Of a DNA stretch of 64,000 nucleotides, positions 9,822 through 19,015 are shown one piece after another (the stretch's first letter is position 1; each line of letters starts with the position of its first letter). The stretch covers positions 1-64,000 of the forward strand of contig JAOZFT010000035.1 in NCBI GenBank assembly GCA_027492035.1. The letters run 5' to 3'. The DNA is from Thermoproteota archaeon. Lineage in GTDB: Archaea; Korarchaeota; JAOZGF01; JAOZFZ01. The translations under genes and the position numbers were made by a program. The notes under the pieces are model-generated. The model was not told where the DNA came from. It was given only the letters and a program-made list of their open reading frames with translations, and ran no database searches.

Positions 9822-10805
9822 TTAGATTTTTTGCATTATTTCTTGGTTTACAAGTCTCATGGAATTCTTTACTTTTGGCCCTACGGGGCTTCCTACAACT
9901 AATTGATCAACCCCTATCTCTATGATTTCACGTACCTTTTTTAAACAATCAGTAGGTGTGCCTGTGATCGAGAAAGCTTCAATCATTTCCGGTGTTACAC
10001 TTTTGAATGCATCCAAAATCTTTCCCTTCATTATTTTATTCTTTATATCTTCAGCTTTATCCAAAGGTATCTCATGTTTTTCTAACACTAGCGGCGGTGA
10101 ACCTGCTACTATAAAGGAAACCACTTCAGCTGCTTTTTCAGCTGCCTTTTCATAGTCTTCATCAATGCTGAAAGATGTGTAAACCACTACCTTAGCCTTC
10201 CCTTCCTCTCTTTCCTTTTCCCCTTCTCTGATCTTTTCAACAGCTTCCTTTATGTCCAAGGGGTTTGATGCATTGATTAAGACTCCATCCCCTAATTTGC
10301 CAGCTAGTTTCAACATTTTAGGCCCTTGAGCACCTATATAAATCGGGATGCTCCCTTTAACCTTGTAATTTAACCTTGCACCCTTCACTTTAAATATTTC
10401 ACCATCGTAATTAACTGTTTCACCTTGTAAAAGTTTTCTCATGATTTCCACTGCTTCTCTTATTGTTGTTAAGGGTTTATGGAACTTTATTCCTAAAGTT
10501 GACAGGGTTGCTTTATCACCAGCGCCTATGCCTAAGAAAACTCTTCCATTTGTTACTTCATTGAGGGTGGCTATTGCTGAAGCAGTCCATAAGGGGTGAA
10601 TAACGTAGGGATTAGTTACTCCCACTCCCAATTTTATTTTTTGTGTTTTGTAACCCATAGAAGCTAATGTTACATAGACGTTTCTGTTGTTGTAATGATC
10701 TGTAACCCAAACGTTTTCGAAATCAAGTTTTTCAGCTTCTACAACTGAGTTGACAAGTTTCTCTATTTTTTTAAAAGGTACAAATTCAATGCCGAAGGAC
10801 ACCAT
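9822..10805 (-). CDS. mer: F420-dependent 5,10-methylene-H4MPT reductase
   Basis: FGIEFVP, WVTDHYNNR, GVTNPY, GAQGPKML, LINAS and GSPVGP motifs typical of Mer. Confidence 0.88.
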   Translation of the reverse strand: MVSFGIEFVPFKKIEKLVNSVVEAEKLDFENVWVTDHYNNRNVYVTLASMGYKTQKIKLGVGVTNPYVIHPLWTASAIATLNEVTNGRVFLGIGAGDKATLSTLGIKFHKPLTTIREAVEIMRKLLQGETVNYDGEIFKVKGARLNYKVKGSIPIYIGAQGPKMLKLAGKLGDGVLINASNPLDIKEAVEKIREGEKEREEGKAKVVVYTSFSIDEDYEKAAEKAAEVVSFIVAGSPPLVLEKHEIPLDKAEDIKNKIMKGKILDAFKSVTPEMIEAFSITGTPTDCLKKVREIIEIGVDQLVVGSPVGPKVKNSMRLVNQEIMQKI

Positions 10806-10961
10806 TTTTTATCAACTCTTTATAAAAGGATCTCCCTTTTCTTTAGGGAGGAGAAAAGTAAAAGTGTTTATTTCCTTAGTTCTTTAAAAATGTTTATTTC
10901 CTCTTTCCCTGAAACAAAATTTACTTCTTCCCTCTTTAATGTTTCTTAACTTTTAAAAACT

Positions 10962-11441
10962 CTAATAGTATTTTTTAGCTATTCTCCATATTTTATCGTT
11001 CAAATAATGGAGATTTTTTACAGCTTTTCCTTTCTTCATTTCCTTTAATTCAACTGAAGAAACTAAGGCTTGGCCTATAGCGATCTCTATTCCCCCCTTT
11101 TCAGCTACAACTTCCACAATTTCGTCAATTTGAAACTCATCGCTTGAAGTTATTCCAGGGGCCATAACGTCTGCCCCTTTCAATATATGAAGTATAGCTC
11201 CTTTATCAACTAAAACTTTAGGCAGCTCAATTTCGAAGTTTCTTAGGGTGTAAAGGTGAGGGAAGAAAATGTTTTCTTTTTTAACGAAAAGCAGATCTTC
11301 AACTTTATATATCCTAATTTCCCCTTCCTGTAAAACCTCTACTTGAGATTTCCTTTTAATTTTATCTCTTAAACCGAATTTTTTGGTGAGAAACTCATTT
11401 ATTTTCTTGGCTTCACTTGACCTTAGAAAGAAACGCTTCAA
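10962..11441 (-). CDS. PUA-domain RNA-binding protein (MCT-1/Tma20-like)
   Basis: VDKGAILHILKGADVMAPGI and KGKAVKNLHYLNDKIW. Confidence 0.88.
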   Translation of the reverse strand: MKRFFLRSSEAKKINEFLTKKFGLRDKIKRKSQVEVLQEGEIRIYKVEDLLFVKKENIFFPHLYTLRNFEIELPKVLVDKGAILHILKGADVMAPGITSSDEFQIDEIVEVVAEKGGIEIAIGQALVSSVELKEMKKGKAVKNLHYLNDKIWRIAKKYY

Positions 11442-11442
11442 T

Positions 11443-12255
11443 CTAGGTTTCCCTCTTTGTTAAATCTAGGTATAGTTCCGGCCGTCTATCTTTTAACAAA
11501 TCATTCATTTCAGTGATTTTCTTGTTTCTAGCTTCTTCAACATTTATATCTACTGTTCTAACTTCTTCTCTTTCTTGACTGGCTCTAACCAAAACTTTCA
11601 TTCTTGGAGAGGTTACTTGACTCATGCCTGTGAACTTGAAATCAAAAATGCCTCTTTTTTCTCTCCCCACTCTATTAGAAGTTATTATAAAAACCTTGTT
11701 TTCTATTGCTCTTGTTAACATTGCTTTTTGAGCATAGGGTAAAACTAAGTTTGCCGGGTGGCAAATTATTTCAGCACCTTTTAAAGCTAAAGAGCGTGAA
11801 GCCTCGGGAAAAATCCAGTCGAAACAAATAATTACTCCCACTTTCACCTTTAAATTTTTCAAATGGAAGATTTGGAAGCCTGTGTCACCTGGTTCAAACC
11901 ATTTCTTTTCGTAATAAAAGAGGTGACTTTTCCTGTATTTACCAATATACCCTTCAGGCCCTGTGACAACAGCTGAATTAAAAATTTTCCCTTCTTCCCT
12001 TTCAATCAACCCTGCAACAATGTACATACCTTTTTCAATTGAGTAATCAATTAATTCCTTCGTTGTTTTCCCATGTGGAATTTCTTCGGCTAATTTTAAA
12101 GCTTCCTCTTTTGATGTTAAAGTGTAACCCGTGTTGAAAAGTTCAGGTAGAACCAGTAAACCAGCATCTACATTTCTCATTAACTTTAGTGCTTCTTTTA
12201 CGTTTCTTTCTTTATCACCAAATTTTATATTTAATTGAACAAAACCCACCTTCAA
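11443..12255 (-). CDS. Carbon-nitrogen hydrolase (nitrilase superfamily)
   Basis: Glu-Lys-Cys triad: LPEL, YRKSHL, ICFDW. Confidence 0.92.
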   Translation of the reverse strand: MKVGFVQLNIKFGDKERNVKEALKLMRNVDAGLLVLPELFNTGYTLTSKEEALKLAEEIPHGKTTKELIDYSIEKGMYIVAGLIEREEGKIFNSAVVTGPEGYIGKYRKSHLFYYEKKWFEPGDTGFQIFHLKNLKVKVGVIICFDWIFPEASRSLALKGAEIICHPANLVLPYAQKAMLTRAIENKVFIITSNRVGREKRGIFDFKFTGMSQVTSPRMKVLVRASQEREEVRTVDINVEEARNKKITEMNDLLKDRRPELYLDLTKRET

Positions 12256-12350
12256 ATGTGCAACCTCCCTTTTTAAGTTAAGTCATCTATTGTATTTCCT
12301 TAACTTTACCTCAGGAACCCTAATCATTTAAAAATTTATTAAGATTATTA

Positions 12351-12368
12351 GTTATAGCGTAATATAAC
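12351..12368. promoter_or_regulatory. Inverted repeat GTTATA-N6-TATAAC between divergent nitrilase and Yip1 genes, possible operator
   Basis: Seen directly (gttata gcgtaa tataac); shares TAGTTATA with the palindrome at 13181. Confidence 0.35.
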
Positions 12369-12482
12369 ATGCAGGGAAAAGGAACGGGTTCATAACTTTC
12401 GTGGGGTTAAATTGAGAAACTAAACATACTTATCCTTCCTCTACAAAAAGTTTTTGTTTATTAGGAAATCGGGGTCTTTTCG

Positions 12483-13154
12483 ATGAATTTTTTTAGAAAA
12501 GTTTTATGGATCTTTGTTCACCCATTTAAAGCATTATGTGAAATCAATGACTCTGAAGAAGTCTCTTTTAAAGGTCCACTTACCCTCCTTTTCATTTTAG
12601 CTCTTCTTTCAAGCATAAACACTTATCTGATTTTCAACAAAATTTCGGTGTCATTAAGTGCAGAAATTAGTCCTTTCTTAACTCTGGGAGGAATTTTTGG
12701 ATCAATTGGAAGTTTCATTTCGGTCTTTGTTGCATGGATTATATACTCCGCTTTTTTCCACGTTTTAGCATTACTTTTTAGGGGTGAAGGTAACTTCAAA
12801 AAACTTCTAGAAATGTTTGGCTGGAGTTACACACCTAAAATTATTTCAAGTGTTGTCAGCTTAGTAATTACCCTTTTCTTCTTTCCTGCACTGCCTGAAA
12901 TAAAAAGCTTTGTTGAAATCCCAAAAGTTTTTGAGGCAATGAGTAAAGCAAGTTGTTTTACATTTACAAGGGTCCTTGACAGATTAACTCTATTTTGGGT
13001 TCTTTTCCTTTTCGGAATAGCTCTCTGGAAAAATCATAAACTAAGAAAAATAGAAGTCCTTGTAATTATTTTGCTTCCAACTCTTCTCTACTTTGCTTTA
13101 ACTTACTTTTTCTTCCCTTCGATCTTTAGTTCGTTCCAAACTTTTCCACGGTAA
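12483..13154 (+). CDS. Yip1 family membrane protein (YknW-like)
   Basis: WIFVHPFKAL N-terminus, GEGNFKKLLEMFGWSYTP motif, five TM helices. Confidence 0.8.
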   Translation: MNFFRKVLWIFVHPFKALCEINDSEEVSFKGPLTLLFILALLSSINTYLIFNKISVSLSAEISPFLTLGGIFGSIGSFISVFVAWIIYSAFFHVLALLFRGEGNFKKLLEMFGWSYTPKIISSVVSLVITLFFFPALPEIKSFVEIPKVFEAMSKASCFTFTRVLDRLTLFWVLFLFGIALWKNHKLRKIEVLVIILLPTLLYFALTYFFFPSIFSSFQTFPR

Positions 13155-13180
13155 CATTCTCTGGAAAGGGATAAATTAAA

Positions 13181-13206
13181 ATATATCTAGTTATAACTAG
13201 ATATAT
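13181..13206. promoter_or_regulatory. Perfect 26-bp palindrome, probable repressor operator
   Basis: ATATATCTAGTTA|TAACTAGATATAT, 22 bp upstream of the ABC ATPase start and just after an AT-rich TATA-like stretch. Confidence 0.7.
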
Positions 13207-13228
13207 CGCACCTGCAGAGGTCAAAAAC

Positions 13229-13918
13229 ATGGATGCTGTAACTCTTAAAGACGTAGTTAAAATTTATAAAATGGGTAAAGTGGAGGTTCCCGCGTTAAAA
13301 GGAGTCAGCTTCTCTGTTGAAAAGGGGGAAATGGTAAGTATAATCGGGCCTTCAGGTTCAGGAAAGTCAACCTTGCTTTACATGATGGGTACACTTGACA
13401 AACCAACTAAAGGGGAGGTCTACATCGATGAAGTAGAAGTTTCAAAACTTAAAGGAAATGAGTTGGCTGAGTTGAGAGCCAAAAAAATAGGGTTTGTTTT
13501 TCAATTCTTCAATTTAATACCTAGAATGAACGCTTTAAAAAACATAGCTCTGCCTATGACCTTCCTAGGCATTTCTAAAAAGGAAAGGGAGGAAAGAGCA
13601 TTGGAACTGCTTGAAATGGTTGGTTTAAAAGATAGATGGAACCATAGACCTTCAGAATTAAGCGGCGGGGAGCAACAAAGAGTAGCTATTGCAAGGGCTT
13701 TAGCGAATAACCCTTCTATAATTTTAGCTGATGAACCCACAGGAAATCTTGATACAAAAACAGGTAAAGAAATAATTGAGCTACTTGTTGCTTTAAACAA
13801 AGAAAAAAATCAAACCATTGTGATAGTTACACATGAACCCGGTATAGCTGAGAAATGCAGAAGAATTATTCATTTAAAGGATGGCTTAATCCAAAAAGAT
13901 GAGGTGAAACCAAGTTGA
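13229..13918 (+). CDS. MacB/LolD-family ABC transporter ATPase
   Basis: GPSGSGKS, GFVFQFFNL, LSGGEQQR, LADEPTGNLD. Confidence 0.95.
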   Translation: MDAVTLKDVVKIYKMGKVEVPALKGVSFSVEKGEMVSIIGPSGSGKSTLLYMMGTLDKPTKGEVYIDEVEVSKLKGNELAELRAKKIGFVFQFFNLIPRMNALKNIALPMTFLGISKKEREERALELLEMVGLKDRWNHRPSELSGGEQQRVAIARALANNPSIILADEPTGNLDTKTGKEIIELLVALNKEKNQTIVIVTHEPGIAEKCRRIIHLKDGLIQKDEVKPS

Positions 13919-15513
13919 GGAAGAAAGTTTTTTTTACAGTTTTAACGGTTCAAATCCTGCTTGCTTTATTGTTCAATTCTAGTTTAACATTTTCTGAAAC
14001 AACTTATTTGGAAGTTGACGAAGCTTACTGGGGAAGCGGAAATTACATGTACCCTGTTTCACCTGGAGACAGAAATGTCGATTTAATAATAAGAGTGAAA
14101 AACGTTTACGAGAGTAACTTAAACTCTATAGAGGCAACTCTGCATGTAAAGCCACCTTTCACTTTGAAAAACGGACAAACAAACACTGTAACCAAGGATT
14201 ACATCAGTTTCCTACAACCAGGTGAAGAGAAAACTTTAAGGTACACTTTAAACATAAATCCTCAAGCAGGGAGAGGATACTACAACCTGCTGTTAAGTTT
14301 TAGTCTTGAATATGAATCAACTGTTTCAGGTGAAACCTTTCATTTTAAAGCGTCACAGAACGTCGAAGTGGAAGTTCCTGTATTAGGTAAACCAAATCTC
14401 AAAGTAACTCTTCAACCTGAGAAAATTGTTTCTGGGGAAATCAACCAAATGTTTTTAATGGTTTCTAATACAGGTGACAGTGTAATAAGTAACCTGTACG
14501 TGACAGCTGATGTAAGTCAAGTTTTTAAGACGCTATATACAGTCCACACCGACATTTCAAGAAATTACTACAGTAGGTTAAACCCGGGTGAAAGCTGCTC
14601 AATACCTTTCACACTTGCAGCTAAGGAATCTGACACTGAAGACATAGGTGTCTTAAATGTGCTCTTAAGTTATATTGATCAATACGGTGTGAACAGAACA
14701 AAAAGTGTTGATTTAGGTTTCTTGGTAGAGGCTGCAAAGAAACACAAACCACTAATTGTTGCCGAGACATTTACGAAACAAGAAATTGAAATTTACCCAG
14801 GTGAATCTTTCAATGTAAATTTCATCCTTAAAAATGAAGGAGAAAAAGATGCTAAAAACGTTTTCGTCCAACTTTCGACGAAAGACATGGAAGTAACTGG
14901 ATTGAACTCTCAATTTTTTAAAGAATTAAAAACTAACAGCCAGGTTCCAGTCCAATTTACAATCTCTACAGGCGGCAACATAAAACCGGGAATTTACAAG
15001 GAAGAATTAAATCTAAATTATGAAGATGAAGATGGAAACAAGTATGAAGAAACTTTTTCTTTCGGTTTAAGAATCAAAAGCCTAATAAATGTTAGGTTAA
15101 TAAACACTAAATACCCTGTATCCGTTTTTCCTGGTGAAACAATTAAGTTTGAAACTGAAGTTTTAGCCACAGGTACAAGTAATGCCCAATTTTTAGAAAT
15201 CGAAGTTAAAAAGGGAGGCCTATTTATTAAGGACACTTCATTTTATGTGGGAAGAGTGGATCTGGACAGCCCATTGCCTGTTGAAATCGAATTCACGCTA
15301 AAAAACTCGTTGAAACCGGGAAACTACAGTTTCCAAGTTAAACTAATTTACTTTGACGACTTCAATATGCAGCACGTAAAAACATTAAACTTCCCATTAA
15401 CCATTCAGCAACCAATTGTTTCAGAAACCCCTAAACCTACACATGAAACAAATCTTACGTTACTTGACCAAATAATTCTTTTCTTTGAAAAACTGGTGGG
15501 GATAAAGCCTTGA
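13915..15513 (+). CDS. COG1361-like secreted protein with repeated Ig-like (S-layer-type) domains
   Basis: Signal peptide; about four beta-sandwich repeats with PG-E/NxG/YxD patterns; TTGA overlap with the ATPase. Confidence 0.72.
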   Translation: MRKKVFFTVLTVQILLALLFNSSLTFSETTYLEVDEAYWGSGNYMYPVSPGDRNVDLIIRVKNVYESNLNSIEATLHVKPPFTLKNGQTNTVTKDYISFLQPGEEKTLRYTLNINPQAGRGYYNLLLSFSLEYESTVSGETFHFKASQNVEVEVPVLGKPNLKVTLQPEKIVSGEINQMFLMVSNTGDSVISNLYVTADVSQVFKTLYTVHTDISRNYYSRLNPGESCSIPFTLAAKESDTEDIGVLNVLLSYIDQYGVNRTKSVDLGFLVEAAKKHKPLIVAETFTKQEIEIYPGESFNVNFILKNEGEKDAKNVFVQLSTKDMEVTGLNSQFFKELKTNSQVPVQFTISTGGNIKPGIYKEELNLNYEDEDGNKYEETFSFGLRIKSLINVRLINTKYPVSVFPGETIKFETEVLATGTSNAQFLEIEVKKGGLFIKDTSFYVGRVDLDSPLPVEIEFTLKNSLKPGNYSFQVKLIYFDDFNMQHVKTLNFPLTIQQPIVSETPKPTHETNLTLLDQIILFFEKLVGIKP

Positions 15514-15528
15514 AAAAAGGGTGAGTTA

Positions 15529-16785
15529 ATGGATTTAATTGAAGCTTTCAGAATGGGTCTTGAAAGTATCAAACAACGGAAACTAAGATCCTTCCTTACA
15601 ACTTTAGGGATAGTGATAGGTATAATAGCCATAGTGGCTTTACTCTCCATTGGTGAAGGTTTCAAAGTCACGGTGAACAATGCATTTCAGTCAGTTGGAG
15701 TGAATGTTTTAACAGTAATCCCTTTCTCCTCGGAGAAAGAGGGAGGAATGTTCCCTACACGCTTCAAAGCAACCAACATAAAATTTACCTTGGATGACGT
15801 AAACAAAGTAAAAAAAGTAAAGGATGTTTCCTTAGCTGTCCCTGTTATAATGAATGCTGTAACTTTAGAGAAATCTGGTGAGGAAGTTTCAGCCACGGCT
15901 GTAGGTGTCGATATTCCTGAACTATTCAAAATGTATCCCGGACTAAAACTTGAAAAAGGGTCTATCCAAGCAAGCAAATCAGGCATGGCGTTGACACTTG
16001 GTCATTACATAGCTTACTCAGGGGAAGAAGAGTTTGTAAGAGTTGGGGAGAAAATAAAATTAAGATTTGTAGCTTTAGATAGAAACATGTACGATTACAG
16101 CTTCAGGGTTACAAGCGTGCTGAACAAGTCAGGGTTCAGTTCACTTATTGGTTCCTTCGACGAAAACATTTTCCTGCCGTTCACCACAGCCCAGAAAATT
16201 TTCAGGTCACATAGGAACATTTCAGCAATCCTTGTTTACGTAGAAGACACTAACAAAGTTGATTCGGTAGCTTCTCAAATAGAAGAAATGTATAACCACG
16301 ATGTAACTGCTTTCTCCTTCAAAACAATACTTGACGTTGTTTCGACAATGCTTAACACTTTAGAACTGGTTTTAGGCAGCATTGCTGCTATATCTTTATT
16401 CGTGGCAGGAATAGGTATAATGAATACAATGCTGATCGCTGTGATGGAAAGAACCAGAGAGATAGGTGTTATGAAGGCTATTGGAGCGAAAGATAGAGAT
16501 ATTTTAGTAATCTTCCTTTCAGAGGCTTTACTAATAGGTTTAATAGGTGGAATAACTGGTTCAGTTCTAGGCGTATTTGCGGCTGAAGTGCTAGGGAAAC
16601 TAGGCTTTGGTGGATTAGTTAGATCTATGAGAGGAGGTGCTCCTGCAGCTATTGAACCTGTTTTTTCGCCAATCCTTCTGAGTTTCGGTGTATTTTTTGC
16701 GGCTGTGGTTTCAGTGATTTTTGCTCTTTACCCTGCCTATAAAGCATCTAGGTTGCAACCTGTAGAGGCTTTAAGGTATGAGTAA
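15529..16785 (+). CDS. MacB/FtsX-family ABC permease
   Basis: RSFLTTLGIVIG, GIMNTMLIAVMERTREIGVMKAIGA, PAYKASRLQPVEALRYE. Confidence 0.94.
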   Translation: MDLIEAFRMGLESIKQRKLRSFLTTLGIVIGIIAIVALLSIGEGFKVTVNNAFQSVGVNVLTVIPFSSEKEGGMFPTRFKATNIKFTLDDVNKVKKVKDVSLAVPVIMNAVTLEKSGEEVSATAVGVDIPELFKMYPGLKLEKGSIQASKSGMALTLGHYIAYSGEEEFVRVGEKIKLRFVALDRNMYDYSFRVTSVLNKSGFSSLIGSFDENIFLPFTTAQKIFRSHRNISAILVYVEDTNKVDSVASQIEEMYNHDVTAFSFKTILDVVSTMLNTLELVLGSIAAISLFVAGIGIMNTMLIAVMERTREIGVMKAIGAKDRDILVIFLSEALLIGLIGGITGSVLGVFAAEVLGKLGFGGLVRSMRGGAPAAIEPVFSPILLSFGVFFAAVVSVIFALYPAYKASRLQPVEALRYE

Positions 16786-16804
16786 CCCTTGCTTCAATTA
16801 TCAA

Positions 16805-18193
16805 TTATACTGGCTCACTCCAGCTTTTCACTTTCTTTAAGAACCTGCCTCTTTCTACAAGCGCCCATAAAGCTTTTGCAGCTCTTTCAGGTGTAGGGTA
16901 GTTCGGGATTTTGTTTTCCTCCAACAAAGGAAGGGCGTCTTTAACTAATTTGCCAGACATGAAACATGTCACTAAGGGTTTATCAATTCCTTTACAGACT
17001 TTAATTATTTTCTTTGCTACTTCAACAGAGTTAAGAAAGTATGTTGGAACACAAATAACTAACCCTGCATTGTAGTAATCCTCTGAAAACAATGCTTCCA
17101 AAGTTTTTGCGTATGTTTCCGGATCTCCACTCGCCGTTAAATCAACAGGGTTTCCTTTGCTGCAGTGTTCAGGGAGGAAACTTAGCTTATCCATTATCCT
17201 TGGTGGAGGCTCAGGGAGATTTAAACCCAGTTCTGTTAACTTGTCGGTGGCTATCACAGCTGGGCCACCTGAATTCGTCAAAATAACTATTTTATCTCCT
17301 TCGGAGCATCTATAAATGGAGAGAACCCTGGAAAAATCAAATAAATCGTAAAGGTCACGTGCTAAAATTACGCCTGACTGTTTAAAGGCTACTAAATAAA
17401 TTTTTTCCTTACCTGCTAATGAACCTGTATGTGAATGAACAGCTTCAGCTCCCTTCTCGGTTAACCCTCCCTTAAAACCCACTATTGGCTTCTTTAAAGA
17501 AACCTTTCTGGCTGTTTCAATGAATTTTCTTCCATTCTTTACTCCTTCTACGTAGAGAATTATTACTTTCGTGTATGGATCCTCCCTTAAATACTCCAAA
17601 ACATCAGTCTCCGTTACATCCACTGCATTTCCGTAGCTTACAAACTTGTTTATGCCTAAACCTTCACTTTCAGCCCAGGCAAGCATAGCTCCGCCTAAAG
17701 CGCCACTCTGAGTTACAAAACTAATATCTCCTTTTCCTACCCTTAACTCCATTGTAGGGTAGAAATTTTTTTCTGTGTTAATCAAACCAGCACAATTTGG
17801 ACCTATAACTCTCACATTTGCTTCCTTTATTTCCTTTTTAAGTTCCTTTTCCAGCCTAAAATTTCCCACTTCGCTGAAACCAGCAGATATGATTATAATT
17901 GCCTTCACTCCTTTTTCGCTGCATTTTTTCACTAGCCCAGGCACCGTAGGAGCAGGTGTTATAATCACAGCTAAGTCTACTTCCTTGTTTATTTCATTTA
18001 AGCTTTTGTAACATTTTAAGCCGAGAATTTCTTCAGCCTTCGGGTTTACGGGATAAATTTCACCTTTAAACCCTCCCTCAACAATGTTTTTAAGAATTTC
18101 AAACCCTATCTTCCCCCTTTTTGAAGAAGCCCCTATAACTGCTACAGAATCAGGTTCAAAAAACTTTGAGAAAGCTTCTTTGTCTAAAACCAT
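16805..18193 (-). CDS. Acetate/acyl-CoA ligase (ADP-forming) alpha subunit
   Basis: AVIGAS CoA-binding fold, IGPNC, QSG, phospho-His SHTGSLAG, NSGG, NPVD. Confidence 0.9.
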   Translation of the reverse strand: MVLDKEAFSKFFEPDSVAVIGASSKRGKIGFEILKNIVEGGFKGEIYPVNPKAEEILGLKCYKSLNEINKEVDLAVIITPAPTVPGLVKKCSEKGVKAIIIISAGFSEVGNFRLEKELKKEIKEANVRVIGPNCAGLINTEKNFYPTMELRVGKGDISFVTQSGALGGAMLAWAESEGLGINKFVSYGNAVDVTETDVLEYLREDPYTKVIILYVEGVKNGRKFIETARKVSLKKPIVGFKGGLTEKGAEAVHSHTGSLAGKEKIYLVAFKQSGVILARDLYDLFDFSRVLSIYRCSEGDKIVILTNSGGPAVIATDKLTELGLNLPEPPPRIMDKLSFLPEHCSKGNPVDLTASGDPETYAKTLEALFSEDYYNAGLVICVPTYFLNSVEVAKKIIKVCKGIDKPLVTCFMSGKLVKDALPLLEENKIPNYPTPERAAKALWALVERGRFLKKVKSWSEPV

Positions 18194-18287
18194 TTCTTCC
18201 TCAACTCTTCCATGCCTCCAAAATTTTGTTTTTTAAGAAAAGAACGTTTGGAAAGGAGAGAAGTAAACTTCTCTTCCTTTTTTTCCT

Positions 18288-18914
18288 TCATTGGGAGTAA
18301 TACTTGATAAAGTAATTGTTTCTCTTCTCTTTCTCAATTGTTGTTTCAGGCCCATGGCCAGGATAAACTTTTAAGTTCTCATTCAAGGATAAGATTTTCT
18401 TAACAGATTTTGCAAGATCCTTCAGTGAACCTCCTGGGAAGTCCCATCTCCCAACTGAACCCAGAAACAGGGTGTCACCTGTAAAAATTTTTTTAGCGTC
18501 GTAAAAACAGACACTACCTGGAGAGTGGCCTGGCGAATGCATAATTTTCAGCTTCACCTGCCCAAACCTCAAAATCTGTCCATCAATTAAATAATCATCT
18601 GGAGATGGAGGCAGACTAATACTTATTCCCCATTTCTTTGCTGAAGAAGCAGCCCTCTTTAAAATTCCCTCATCCAGTTTATGGATAAGGAAGTCGGCAG
18701 AGTACTCCCTCTTTACTTCTCCCACTGCACCTATGTGGTCAAAGTGGCAGTGGGTTGCCAAAATGTACTTAATTTGGAAATCCCCCCTTTCCAATTCTTT
18801 CTTGATTAAGGGGTAGTCTCCGCCAGGATCTATAATCACTGTTTCTTTTGTTTTGTCACAAGATAATATGTAACAGTTTGCAGCTAAGGCTCCAACCTCT
18901 ATTTTTTTCAGCAT
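18288..18914 (-). CDS. MBL-fold metallo-hydrolase (glyoxalase II-like)
   Basis: THCHFDH, PGHSPG, GDTLF, PGHG. Confidence 0.92.
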   Translation of the reverse strand: MLKKIEVGALAANCYILSCDKTKETVIIDPGGDYPLIKKELERGDFQIKYILATHCHFDHIGAVGEVKREYSADFLIHKLDEGILKRAASSAKKWGISISLPPSPDDYLIDGQILRFGQVKLKIMHSPGHSPGSVCFYDAKKIFTGDTLFLGSVGRWDFPGGSLKDLAKSVKKILSLNENLKVYPGHGPETTIEKEKRNNYFIKYYSQ

Positions 18915-19015
18915 TTGCCTCCCTCATTTAAGAAAAAGATTTATCTTTAAGTTTTTGATGTTTCGGGGTAATCTAAAAAATTTTTGGAGAAGGGGAGGTA
19001 AGTTTTCTCTTTTAT

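Noticed and set aside
13946-13960. GGTTCAAATCC, resembling a tRNA T-loop
   Set aside because: Lies inside a signal-peptide coding region with no cloverleaf around it
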